Assembly (NCBI GenBank): GCA_013204595.1 | Contig: JABMNK010000100.1 | Location: forward strand, 8,050-72,049 | Reading direction: 5' to 3' | Source of the DNA: Flammeovirgaceae bacterium | Lineage (GTDB): Bacteria; Bacteroidota; Bacteroidia; Cytophagales; Cyclobacteriaceae | Length of the DNA: 64,000 bases | Shown: piece after piece, positions 48,561-58,332 of the stretch | Numbering within the stretch: position 1 is the stretch's first letter | How the letters are laid out: every line of letters begins with the position of its first letter | Notes under the pieces: model-generated | The model's database searches: none | Seen by the model: the letters and a program-made list of their open reading frames with translations, nothing else | Told to the model about the DNA's origin: nothing | Program-made: the position numbers and the translations under genes

Positions 48561-49193
48561 ATGCCGAACAATGCATTAAAAACGATAAGGGACATCAAAC
48601 TAAATACAATTGCGGTTTTTTTTGTTCCCTTTATTTTGAGTTTTTTTTTTATTTACCTGATTGGCATCCAATCGTGTAATGATGAGGAAGATCCCAATAT
48701 TGATCTAAATAACGAGCTCCATTATGATACTAATAATAATTCAGCACCTGACCTGCTTGAAGGCGTTCATGAATCCGCTATAAGATTTGAATCCCGAGAC
48801 CTACTACCTTATCAAAGTCGTACACTATCTGCTGTCAAGATCTTTATAGCACATGTACCTACTGACTTAACCTTAAGAATTTATACAGACGGCAGAAGCA
48901 ATACCCCAGGAAATCTTCTGTACGAAGCAGCGTTGGTTGGTGTCAAATCGAACCAATGGAACGTCATTGAATTAACAAGCGGTCTTATTATTGGTAACGA
49001 TGGGCTATGGATCAGCTTAAGGTTTTCCCTCAATGAAACCCAAAGGGTAATAGGTTGTGATAGGGGTCCCGCATTTATCAATGGCGATTGGGCCTTTAAT
49101 CAATATGATAATAATTGGCGCTCGTTAAGGAACCGAACCAATAATCAACTAAGTGTCAATTGGAATATTCGAGCTGTGCTGAAGCCAAAATAG
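48561..49193 (+). CDS. Hypothetical lipoprotein
   Basis: 210 aa. A hydrophobic N-terminus ends in LIGIQSC, followed by the acidic stretch NDEEDP. No family recognised. Confidence 0.6.
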   Translation: MPNNALKTIRDIKLNTIAVFFVPFILSFFFIYLIGIQSCNDEEDPNIDLNNELHYDTNNNSAPDLLEGVHESAIRFESRDLLPYQSRTLSAVKIFIAHVPTDLTLRIYTDGRSNTPGNLLYEAALVGVKSNQWNVIELTSGLIIGNDGLWISLRFSLNETQRVIGCDRGPAFINGDWAFNQYDNNWRSLRNRTNNQLSVNWNIRAVLKPK

Positions 49194-49359
49194 ATTTCTG
49201 ACTCCTTTTTATAGCACATTGAAAGAGTCAACTCATAGACGAGTAGCTTTAGGACTACCACCGACAAGCACTAGACGGAAGACCTAGTCAATCGTAAACC
49301 TCTTTTTTTATGAAAAGAAACAATCGAATACAGTCAAGAGACGACACGTATGAAATTAT

Positions 49360-50535
49360 ATGAAATTACCTATAAATTACAGTGTGAAAAATCCAGAAAA
49401 AAAGTCATTAAAATTGGAAACCCTTGCCATAAAGAACGCAAAAGACCAATATAATAAATTACATCCTGTGAGCGCCCCAATTTATCTCTCTTCAACCTAT
49501 GAACGCAGTGAAGACGGCAGTTATGCAGAAGGATTTGTTTATGGTCGGCACGACAATCCCAATAGAAGGATGTTAGAAAAAAACATCGCTACATTAGAAA
49601 ACGGAGCTGTTTGCCACTCTTTTGGCTCTGGCATGGCCGCGGTAAGTGCTGTATTTCAAAGCCTTAAAATGGGGGATCATGTGCTACTCCCAGATGATGT
49701 TTATTTCAATATTCAAACTTTGATAGAAGGGGTCTTCCGTCGTTGGGGTCTTGAACATACCAAAGTAAATATGTCTGACTTACAAGCGGTATCGTCGGCC
49801 ATCCAATCCAATACTGCGCTGATTTGGATTGAAACTCCCTCTAACCCACAACTTAAGATTTCAGACATCAGGGCCCTCTCTACTCTAGCAAAAGCTAAGA
49901 ATATTCTGGTAGCCGTAGACAACACTTGGCCAACACCAATACTTCAAACCCCGCTGAATCTAGGTGCAAATATCGTGGTACATTCTACTACCAAGTACTT
50001 CGGGGGTCACAGTGATGTCTTGGGAGGCTGTGTCGTGTTCAAGGAAAAGGACGAACACGCTGAGCGTATAAAACTTATTCAAACGCATGGGGGAGGAATC
50101 CCTGCACCTTTTGATTGCTGGCTTATCGCACGAGGCATTCAAACATTGCACCTCAGGGTCACCAAACAAACGGAAAATGCCCAGAAATTGGCTGATTGGT
50201 TGGTAGAACATCCAAGAATCCATCGGGTACTGTATCCCGGCTTAAAATACCACCCCAATCATCAAATCGCAGCTCAACAAATGCATGGCGGATTTGGAGC
50301 GATGCTCTCTGTTCTTATTGATGGCGATGAAACGCAAACGGTCAAGGTCAGCACACAACTTCAACTGTTCACCACCGCAACCAGTTTGGGTGGTGTAGAA
50401 AGCCTTATTGAGCACAGAAAATCAGTAGAGGGGCCTAGTAGTCAGACGCCTGCAAATTTGCTTAGAATATCGATAGGTATTGAAAATATAGCAGACTTAA
50501 TCTCAGATTGGGAACAAGCCTTAATGGTTATTTGA
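49360..50535 (+). CDS. Cys/Met-metabolism PLP-dependent enzyme (cystathionine gamma-synthase / gamma-lyase / beta-lyase family)
   Basis: 391 aa with the PLP-lysine context HSTTKYFGGHSD and family-typical N-terminal LETLAI...PIYLSSTYE. Confidence 0.88.
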   Translation: MKLPINYSVKNPEKKSLKLETLAIKNAKDQYNKLHPVSAPIYLSSTYERSEDGSYAEGFVYGRHDNPNRRMLEKNIATLENGAVCHSFGSGMAAVSAVFQSLKMGDHVLLPDDVYFNIQTLIEGVFRRWGLEHTKVNMSDLQAVSSAIQSNTALIWIETPSNPQLKISDIRALSTLAKAKNILVAVDNTWPTPILQTPLNLGANIVVHSTTKYFGGHSDVLGGCVVFKEKDEHAERIKLIQTHGGGIPAPFDCWLIARGIQTLHLRVTKQTENAQKLADWLVEHPRIHRVLYPGLKYHPNHQIAAQQMHGGFGAMLSVLIDGDETQTVKVSTQLQLFTTATSLGGVESLIEHRKSVEGPSSQTPANLLRISIGIENIADLISDWEQALMVI

Positions 50536-50603
50536 GAAAAGATAAAAGCACCCCGAAAATAAGGCGTACTTTTATAAAAAGATATCGGAAGATTGAGACT
50601 AAA

Positions 50604-51812
50604 TCAAGCCGTGGCTACTTTCATTCTACGCACCCAAAACAGCAACAAAGTGAATAATACAATGAGCAATGCAGGCAGTATTACCATAGTACCTAAGGTA
50701 GCTTGACCCGCCACTAATTCCAACTCGTCTCCTATCAATCCAGACGCCGCCGCTTCGACCTTATCTGCATCAATCCAACTACCTATAATGGGTTGAAAAA
50801 TAGAAGTTGAAAACATACCTACTGCACCAATAATGGACATACCCAACGCACCACTCTTCGGGATTTTATCTGCCACAAACCCAATCATATTAGGCCAAAA
50901 ATACGCCACGCCAAGTGCGAAAAATATCGCTGCCACATAAGCCATCGATCCTGTCTGCGTGCTAAAAAGATAAATACCTATGGTCGTTAAAACAGAGGAT
51001 CCCAACAGCACTCCCGTTTGATCAAATTTATGAACGACTTCTCCACCAAAATATCGAGCTACTGCCATTAATCCAGTTACAAGTGCCAAAATCAACATGG
51101 GTTGTGCACCACTTTTGGCAAGAATCAATCCTACCCATTGCTGCGGTCCAAATTCAGAGATTGCTGTCAAGGACATACAAAGCATCATAAAAATAAATAA
51201 TGGCGAAATCATTGCAGATAAGTTACCGGAAATTCGTGCTGCATCTTTAACTTTTGCTTCCGGCCAAGCTTGACCAAAAAACAGATAGGCATAAACCAAA
51301 GTTGGAATCAAAATAACCCAAATCTGCAACTGCCATCCAAATCCTGCACCGGTCATGAACTGAGAAACCAAGCTACCTACCACGATGCCCCCAGGAAACC
51401 ACATATGAAACCGATTCAACATTTTACTCATTTGATTGCCTTCATACGCATCTGCAATCATGGGATTACATGCCGCTTCCGTACAGCCATTGCCCAATCC
51501 TATCAACAAGGTAGACAATAACAAACCCAGGTAGCTTCCAGAATAAATAGTCAAAACGATACCCAATGCATGCGCGAAAAAAGCAAATTGCATGATTATT
51601 TTTCCTCCTACCGTATGATAAATCAAACCTCCAATAACCATGGAAATAGGGAATCCTAAAAACCACATCGAATTGATATAGCCCAATTCTTCCGCGGACA
51701 AATCCAGCTCTAAGCCCAATTGCGGAAGAATCCCCGCTCGGATACTAAAAGAAAGTGCTGTTGTGATTAGGGCGAAACAGCTACCATAAAATAATCTATT
51801 TTTCGTGTTCAT
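50604..51812 (-). CDS. MFS transporter
   Basis: 402 aa with ~12 hydrophobic segments. Divergent from the dehydrogenase-like/sulfatase pair. Substrate not assignable. Confidence 0.8.
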   Translation of the reverse strand: MNTKNRLFYGSCFALITTALSFSIRAGILPQLGLELDLSAEELGYINSMWFLGFPISMVIGGLIYHTVGGKIIMQFAFFAHALGIVLTIYSGSYLGLLLSTLLIGLGNGCTEAACNPMIADAYEGNQMSKMLNRFHMWFPGGIVVGSLVSQFMTGAGFGWQLQIWVILIPTLVYAYLFFGQAWPEAKVKDAARISGNLSAMISPLFIFMMLCMSLTAISEFGPQQWVGLILAKSGAQPMLILALVTGLMAVARYFGGEVVHKFDQTGVLLGSSVLTTIGIYLFSTQTGSMAYVAAIFFALGVAYFWPNMIGFVADKIPKSGALGMSIIGAVGMFSTSIFQPIIGSWIDADKVEAAASGLIGDELELVAGQATLGTMVILPALLIVLFTLLLFWVRRMKVATA

Positions 51813-51950
51813 TTTGCGTTTTATTGATTTATTCTATAATTATAACGATATTAAAGGTAATTATTCCTAAAATACCTAAACAAAAAAAATAGGATCAAAT
51901 AATTGTCAGAACGACAGTCATTTGGATTAACAGATACTTTTATTAACGAT

Positions 51951-54485
51951 ATGAAGAATTCATTTAAATTTCTCTCCCTAATAATCTTATTCATTGCCTG
52001 TAAAGACAAATATATCAATCAAACAAACGTTGACGTCCTCGATAATTTCAAAATAGAAAAATTACTATCCCCTAGTGTCGATAGTCTGGGATCTTGGGTC
52101 TCCCTTGCTCATGTGAAAGGCCGAAAATTTGTCGCTTCCGATCAATATGGAAAAATTTATTGGCTCAATATCCCAAGTATTGGCAGCAAAGATTCTGTCC
52201 AAGTGGAAGCATTGAGCTTGGGGAATCTTGGAAAAGCGCAAGGATTACTGTGGGCTCACAACAGCCTTTATGTGATGATGAGCGATCAGAAAACTGAAAA
52301 TAGCGGCCTATACAGACTAACGGATACAGACAACGATGGGGTTTTAGATGCTATTCATTTTCTCAAGCAGCTCAATGGATGGGGAGAACATGGGCCGCAT
52401 GGCGTACAACTTGGCCCTGATGATTTAATTTATGTCATTGCAGGAAATCATACGGATCTCCCTGAGGAATACACTGCCGTGACCAATACTACCTGGAAGG
52501 AAGATCGGCTTTTTGAGCCTATGAAAGACCCCAATGGCCATGCGCAAGATCGAACCGCTCCAGGTGGTTGGATCGCTCGAACCGACAGTTTAGGTAGTTT
52601 TTGGGAAATCTATTCTTCTGGTTATCGAAACGCCTATGATATCGCTTTCAATGAAGATGGTGAATTATTTACATTTGATTCAGACATGGAATGGGATTTG
52701 GGGCTTCCTTGGTATCGTCCCGTTCGCGTGTGTCATGTAACCGCAGGTTCCGAATTTGGCTGGCGTACGGGTTCAGGAAAATGGCCAGCCTACTACCCCG
52801 ATAATCTTCCTGGTATATTAGCTATTGGACAAGGGAGTCCTACAGGGGTAGTAGCAGCTAAAAATGGAGGTTTTCCAGCCCCCTTCAATAGTGGTTTATT
52901 TGTATGCGACTGGAGTTTTGGAACTATGTACCATATTTCACTCGAAGCAAAAGGGGCTAGTTATGAAGCACAATCAAGTGAATTTTTAAGTGGCATTCCA
53001 CTGCCACTAACTGACCTCACGTTTGGTGATGATGGAGCCATGTATTTCACGACTGGGGGCCGCAAGTTGGAATCTGGTTTATACAGAGTTTGGCATGATG
53101 CACTTAATCAAAACTTAGATAAAACTGAACTCCAAGAACCCAAACAAATTCGAAAATTATTAGAAACCTACCAAGATACCCAAGTGATTCCAGATACCGA
53201 TTTTATTTGGACGCAACTGGGCAGCGAGGATCGGTACATCCGTTTTAGCGCAAGAATTGCTCTAGAAAATCAAGGTGTTGATAAATGGGCTGGGCTAATG
53301 ACAAAAGAGACTCCTGTCCAACAGAAAATTGAATATGCATTGGCAGTTGCTCGCTCTGAGAATCAATCCTTGCAATTTGAACTATTTAATCTATTAAAAG
53401 AGATAGACTTGCCCCTCCATGATGATGACACACAACTAAAGATCATTCGTGCGCAAGGATTGCTTTGTATTAGAAATTCAACACTGCAGCGCGCTGAGCT
53501 TGAAACTCAATGGGGCCCTGTTTTTCCAAGCGAAAATCAATATCTCAATGAAGAAATCGCCTTCTTTTTCACTGATTCTCAAAACCCTATTTGGTTAGAA
53601 AAAACAATGAATTTATGGTCGCAAGTAAGTGAAGAGGATTTAAAAATATTGATTTCGGATAGTCTTGCCGCGAGAAGTGACATGTATGGCCAAACGGTCA
53701 TGAATATGCGTAAAAGAAGACCTAAGAGCTACAAAATCGCACTAACCGATGCCCTTTCAAGATACCAGTATGGATGGACGCTAGCATTTCAAAACGAATA
53801 TTTCACAGGATTCAATAGTCTTTGGGATCGTGAAGGCGGATATAGCTATCGTGGGTACCTGCTTAAAATTCTAGAAAGAGCACTCAGCCATGTCGAAGTA
53901 ACTAACAAAATAGTCTTTGAGGAGATTTCTGGAGCCAGCATTGGACGCTACGGACAAAGTTTATTGGCCGACCTTCCAGTTCCTGAAGGCCCCGGAAGAA
54001 ACTGGTCGATTGAAGATGTAGTGAATTTAATGCAAACGAATTCTCACAAATCCAATCACATAAACGGTGCTAAGATGTTTGAAGCTGCGCTTTGCCAATC
54101 CTGTCATATGATCCAAGGTAAAGGCAGTGCGATTGGCCCCGAATTGACCCAATTGGCGACTAGATTCTCGATCAAAGATATGGCCCAGGCCATTATTGAA
54201 CCTAGTGCAGAAATTTCCGATCAATACATGCTTACCCTCATTCTGCTGAATAATGGGGATCAATTAGTCGGGAAAATTACCGATCAAGCCAATGACACCC
54301 TTTCTCTTATGATCAATCCATTAATGCCGACCAACTTGACCAAAATCCCTATCGCCGATATTAAAAACAAACGCGCTGCCACCCAATCTCAAATGTTTCC
54401 TGCGTTATTGAACCGACTCAATGAGCAAGAGGTTTTTGATTTAATGACTTATTTATTGACTGCAGGAAATGCTGAAAACGAATAA
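51951..54485 (+). CDS. Dehydrogenase-like beta-propeller / helical-repeat protein with C-terminal c-type cytochrome domain (lipoprotein)
   Basis: ATG 51951 gives MKNSFKFLSLIILFIAC (lipoprotein-like); the ORF-track start at 51903 is a TTG. The N-terminal region resembles soluble sugar-dehydrogenase propellers (GEHGPHGVQLGPDDLIYVIAGNH). There is a single heme c motif CQSCH near the C-terminus with a downstream Met-containing segment. Confidence 0.7.
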   Translation: MKNSFKFLSLIILFIACKDKYINQTNVDVLDNFKIEKLLSPSVDSLGSWVSLAHVKGRKFVASDQYGKIYWLNIPSIGSKDSVQVEALSLGNLGKAQGLLWAHNSLYVMMSDQKTENSGLYRLTDTDNDGVLDAIHFLKQLNGWGEHGPHGVQLGPDDLIYVIAGNHTDLPEEYTAVTNTTWKEDRLFEPMKDPNGHAQDRTAPGGWIARTDSLGSFWEIYSSGYRNAYDIAFNEDGELFTFDSDMEWDLGLPWYRPVRVCHVTAGSEFGWRTGSGKWPAYYPDNLPGILAIGQGSPTGVVAAKNGGFPAPFNSGLFVCDWSFGTMYHISLEAKGASYEAQSSEFLSGIPLPLTDLTFGDDGAMYFTTGGRKLESGLYRVWHDALNQNLDKTELQEPKQIRKLLETYQDTQVIPDTDFIWTQLGSEDRYIRFSARIALENQGVDKWAGLMTKETPVQQKIEYALAVARSENQSLQFELFNLLKEIDLPLHDDDTQLKIIRAQGLLCIRNSTLQRAELETQWGPVFPSENQYLNEEIAFFFTDSQNPIWLEKTMNLWSQVSEEDLKILISDSLAARSDMYGQTVMNMRKRRPKSYKIALTDALSRYQYGWTLAFQNEYFTGFNSLWDREGGYSYRGYLLKILERALSHVEVTNKIVFEEISGASIGRYGQSLLADLPVPEGPGRNWSIEDVVNLMQTNSHKSNHINGAKMFEAALCQSCHMIQGKGSAIGPELTQLATRFSIKDMAQAIIEPSAEISDQYMLTLILLNNGDQLVGKITDQANDTLSLMINPLMPTNLTKIPIADIKNKRAATQSQMFPALLNRLNEQEVFDLMTYLLTAGNAENE

Positions 54486-56034
54486 TAAAAATAAGATAAT
54501 CGGTCGTATCTCACCATGGCTCTGGCTGTTTTTATCTGTCATTTGTCTATGTTGTACACAAAATAACACGCCAGTAGCCGCGCCAAATATTATCTACCTA
54601 TTGGCGGATGACTTAGGATACGGGGAGCTCGGTATTTATGGTCAGAGAATAATTAAAACGCCCAATATTGACGCCCTAGCAAGGGCGGGCATGCGCTTTA
54701 CCCAGCATTACAGTGGTGCACCCGTTTGTGCGCCCAGCAGGTATATGCTCTTGACAGGATTGCATGCGGGTCACGCCTACATCAGAGGGAATGATGAATG
54801 GGACGAAAGAGGGGATGTATGGGACTATGCCGCGGTAGTCGCTGATGCTACTTTAGAAGGTCAACGACCCATTCCTGCCGAAACCTTTACGTTGGCTGAA
54901 ATGTTGCATGAGACAGGATATGCCACAGGTATTGTCGGGAAATGGGGATTGGGCGCTCCGGGCACATTTGGCGATCCTAATCATCAAGGTTTTGACTACT
55001 TTTTTGGGTATAACTGCCAGCGACAAGCCCATAATCTATACCCAAAACATCTTTGGGAAAATCAAAATAAAATAGGGCTCAATAATGAACTCATTCTGCC
55101 CGGCACCATATTGGATTCCTTAGCTGATCCTAATAACTCCAATGCTTATTTGGCCTTTGAGCAAATGGATTATGCGCCAGCGATGATTCAGGAGAAGGCC
55201 TTGGCATTCATAGAAGAACATCAGAAAACCCCCTTTTTTCTTTATTATGCATCGCCCCTGCCCCATCTACCCTTGCAAGCACCTTCATCCTATGTGGCTA
55301 AATATCGAGAAATTATTGGACCTGAGGTCCCTTATCCTGGAGGAAAAGGATATTTCCCAAACCAATACCCACGGGCAACCTATGCCGCTATGATCAACTA
55401 TTTAGACGATCAAGTAGGAGAGCTGATTGCCAAACTCAAAGAACTTGGACTCTATGAAAATACGCTGATCATATTCACAAGTGACAATGGACCAACCTAT
55501 GATGTTGGCGGCGTTGACCCCTATTATTTCCAAAGTGCGGGTCCCTTTAAAACGGGTAGAGGTTGGGGCAAAGGCGATACCCATGAGGCCGGCATCAGAG
55601 TTCCTATGATTGCCGCCTGGGAAGGTAAAATAAAAGCAAATAGTATTTCCGATCATATTTCTGCATTTTGGGATGTCATGCCAACGTTGGCCTCTTTGGT
55701 AGGCTTTCCAAAGAAAATCGAAACGGATGGGATCAGTTTTCTTCCTGAATTAATTACTGCGCCTCAAAAAAAGCACCCCTACCTCTATTGGGAATTTCCA
55801 GAATACGGGGGACAACAAGCCGTTCGCATTGACCATTGGAAAGCGATTAGACATCGACTACATGAAGACAATTTAAATATAAAGCTTTATGATTTGAAGA
55901 CTGATCCTAGAGAAGAAAGAGACGTCAGCTCAGAAAATCCAGACATTATTAAAGAGATAACTGCGATCATGTCAAAAGAGCATACCCCATCTCAGATAGC
56001 TAGGTTTCATATCCCTGTCTTAGGAGATAAATAA
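54469..56034 (+). CDS. Cys-type sulfatase (arylsulfatase family S1)
   Basis: 521 aa with the formylglycine motif CAPSR (PVCAPSRYMLLTG) and LADDLGYGE metal-binding N-terminus. Overlaps the upstream gene by 17 nt. Confidence 0.92.
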   Translation: MLKTNNKNKIIGRISPWLWLFLSVICLCCTQNNTPVAAPNIIYLLADDLGYGELGIYGQRIIKTPNIDALARAGMRFTQHYSGAPVCAPSRYMLLTGLHAGHAYIRGNDEWDERGDVWDYAAVVADATLEGQRPIPAETFTLAEMLHETGYATGIVGKWGLGAPGTFGDPNHQGFDYFFGYNCQRQAHNLYPKHLWENQNKIGLNNELILPGTILDSLADPNNSNAYLAFEQMDYAPAMIQEKALAFIEEHQKTPFFLYYASPLPHLPLQAPSSYVAKYREIIGPEVPYPGGKGYFPNQYPRATYAAMINYLDDQVGELIAKLKELGLYENTLIIFTSDNGPTYDVGGVDPYYFQSAGPFKTGRGWGKGDTHEAGIRVPMIAAWEGKIKANSISDHISAFWDVMPTLASLVGFPKKIETDGISFLPELITAPQKKHPYLYWEFPEYGGQQAVRIDHWKAIRHRLHEDNLNIKLYDLKTDPREERDVSSENPDIIKEITAIMSKEHTPSQIARFHIPVLGDK

Positions 56035-56382
56035 ATGAGGCAATTGCTAATGGCATTAGATAACCCCCTCCAATAACAAGGAGATAATGAAAATTCAATT
56101 TTAAATTTAAAAAATATAAAACCACGAAATTTCAGATTTTAACAAAGTCACATGCCCACCCAAAAGATCCACCTAAGACCTAGCAGCAATTAACGATTTT
56201 GGCCAATCAGTTCATTTGTCAAGTTTCATCTCTTTATTCTTTTAAGTAGGATATTTTCCGTAATCTGGCCTAGTGCTTTTATTTTTTCATCGCGCTCGGT
56301 GACCAATCTTAAGCTAAGGTACACTTCCTTAGTGGCTACTTGAAGATGGGCGCGGTGTTTTTTTGATCCCTTATTCCTTTCT

Positions 56383-57255
56383 TTATTTGGAATTTGCCGT
56401 CATCTTAATTTCAATAATGGTCACCATCAAAATAATACTTCCACCAAAATAAACACCCCTTTCTGGAATTTCTCCTAACCACAACGCACCTAAGATAATC
56501 CCCAAAATGGGTGTCAAATTACTTAAAATACTCACCGTAGTGACCGTGAAATAACCAAAGCTTTTCACAAACAAGGTGTGACCTATGGCTGTTGTAATGA
56601 TGCCTAAGCTCAAAAGCGCCAGCCCTTTATTAACTATGATGTTTTGAAAATCTAATGGAAATAGGAAAATAGAAGGGGCGAGCAAAACACTCAACCCTAC
56701 AAGTTGATAACCCATCGAAAGGACTCCACTAATATTACTTATATTCTTACGGATGAGAATATTTCGAACCGAATAAGTCAAAGCAGCCATTAACCCAAAC
56801 AGAACACCCAGCGTCTGATCATTGGCCAAATTAAATTCAGGTACTAAAAAATAAATCCCTAATAACGCCAAAAAAGCCAATGGAATGTGTCTTCCAATTG
56901 GTTTTATCTTGAGCATAAATGGTTCAAGTAAGGAGGTCATTAATGGGTAGGTAAAGAGTGTCAACATACCAACAGCAACCCCAGACAACTTCAGTGCATG
57001 AAAATAAGTAAGCCAATGGGCTCCCATCAGTAAGGTAGGTAACACTAGTTTGACCCGATCAGCAGATCGTATCCGAATGGATTGATTGAAAAGCAGCAAA
57101 ATACTAAAAAGTGCCACTGCTGCAATGGCGCATCTGGCCCAAATCGCAAAGGGCACAGGCAAATCAAGATATCTTCCAAGCGCTCCAGAACTGCTCATTA
57201 CAAAAATAGCAAGGAGTAATTCTGCCAAATGGCGCAATGAACCTGACTTATTCAT
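56383..57255 (-). CDS. EamA/DMT-family transporter
   Basis: 290 aa with ~10 TM segments in the duplicated EamA layout. Last gene of the nucleotidyltransferase-kinase operon. Confidence 0.85.
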   Translation of the reverse strand: MNKSGSLRHLAELLLAIFVMSSSGALGRYLDLPVPFAIWARCAIAAVALFSILLLFNQSIRIRSADRVKLVLPTLLMGAHWLTYFHALKLSGVAVGMLTLFTYPLMTSLLEPFMLKIKPIGRHIPLAFLALLGIYFLVPEFNLANDQTLGVLFGLMAALTYSVRNILIRKNISNISGVLSMGYQLVGLSVLLAPSIFLFPLDFQNIIVNKGLALLSLGIITTAIGHTLFVKSFGYFTVTTVSILSNLTPILGIILGALWLGEIPERGVYFGGSIILMVTIIEIKMTANSK

Positions 57256-57288
57256 GACATGAAGCTACGCAAAAGATGCCTTTTACAA

Positions 57289-58332
57289 TCATTTTAAATC
57301 TTTGCGTTGTGCAAGAATTTCATGTGTCAAACGAAACTGATTTCGACATCGATCCAGATTATGGTGAGGATAATCTATGCGATAATAGATATTGCCACTT
57401 ATAAAATCAGTAAGGAATCGCAGACCCATTATGAATGCCATATATGCGCCACTTAAGGATAAAAATGCCTTTTCTTCATCCTTCAATATGTCGGCGGCTC
57501 CCTCCATATACCCCGCCTTAAATGCGTGATAACGTTCTCGATCCAAATTCACTAATTGTAAGTCACTCTCATCTTCTTTTGCCGTGCTTGCCGTGCTACG
57601 GATTCCATCCCCAAAATCATAGTGGACAATACCTGGCATAACCGTATCCAAATCGATCACGCATCGCCCACGATTCGAACCATCCAACAAAACATTATTA
57701 AATTTGGTATCATTATGAGTGACTCTAATAGGGACCTTTTCCTGACTGTGTAAATACCAAATAGGTAGTAATCTATCAGCCAGCTCATTGACCATCTTCA
57801 TTTCATGAGCTGCCTCATGCGAGGGCACATGCTTCAGCTTACTTAGGGCCAAATTAAATTGATCTAATCTATGGGCTAAATTATGAAAATCAGGAATTGT
57901 AATAGCAAGTTCTGCCGGCTCGAATTCGCCAAGCGCCTTAAGGAAATAGCCATAAGACTTGGCACCTTCAAAAACCTGATCGTCAGAAGTGGGAATATCA
58001 AAAGATTTCAAGTTCGATTTAAAATCAAACATTCTAAAATAGCCCTCTGTTACTTGAACAAAATATTGCCCCTTTAAGGTCTCTACTAAACGCAGCGTTT
58101 CCTGGTTATCATAACCTAATTTGGGAAAAGAAACGGATAAGTAATTGGTTACCTTATAGATGTTCAACATCATTGCTGCTACCTCATTAAAAACCGAATC
58201 ATTAATTTTCTGCAAGAGATAATGGGCTTTTGTCGTTACTACCTCGTAAGTAGTATGAATATGACCACTTCCAAATAGCTCAATGCTCGTTACCACACCA
58301 CGAATCTGAAAGTGTTCAAGGATGTGCCTCAT
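57289..58332 (-). CDS. APH-fold sugar anomeric kinase, N-acetylhexosamine 1-kinase (NahK)-like
   Basis: 347 aa. Has the nucleotide loop FGSGHIHTTYEV, catalytic loop VTHNDTKFNNVLLD, metal site VIDLDTVMPG, and DFGDGIRSTAST. As I recall them, these are co-linear with NahK-family motifs. Confidence 0.72.
   Translation of the reverse strand: MRHILEHFQIRGVVTSIELFGSGHIHTTYEVVTTKAHYLLQKINDSVFNEVAAMMLNIYKVTNYLSVSFPKLGYDNQETLRLVETLKGQYFVQVTEGYFRMFDFKSNLKSFDIPTSDDQVFEGAKSYGYFLKALGEFEPAELAITIPDFHNLAHRLDQFNLALSKLKHVPSHEAAHEMKMVNELADRLLPIWYLHSQEKVPIRVTHNDTKFNNVLLDGSNRGRCVIDLDTVMPGIVHYDFGDGIRSTASTAKEDESDLQLVNLDRERYHAFKAGYMEGAADILKDEEKAFLSLSGAYMAFIMGLRFLTDFISGNIYYRIDYPHHNLDRCRNQFRLTHEILAQRKDLK

Noticed and set aside
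49194-49359. Possible SAM or other riboswitch upstream of the Cys/Met PLP enzyme gene. Small hairpins are present: GACTCCTTT...AAAGAGTC and ACTAG...CTAGT, followed by a T-run.
   Set aside because: None of the conserved cores I remember for SAM-I, SAM-II or other sulfur-metabolism riboswitches is present. The hairpins are short and could simply terminate the upstream lipoprotein gene.
56229-56399. 57-codon minus-strand open frame in the sulfatase/DMT spacer, considered as a small gene (possible antitoxin-like).
   Set aside because: It has no ATG. The only GTG or TTG starts give 24-32 aa, it partially overlaps the DMT 3' end, and it has no recognisable fold motif. It is kept only as a possible remnant in a low-interest finding.
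57672-57681. GATTCGAACC, a T-arm-like tRNA motif (reverse complement GGTTCGAATC).
   Set aside because: It sits in frame inside the kinase CDS, encoding ...GSNRGRC... next to the conserved IDLD site. No acceptor or anticodon arms can be built around it.
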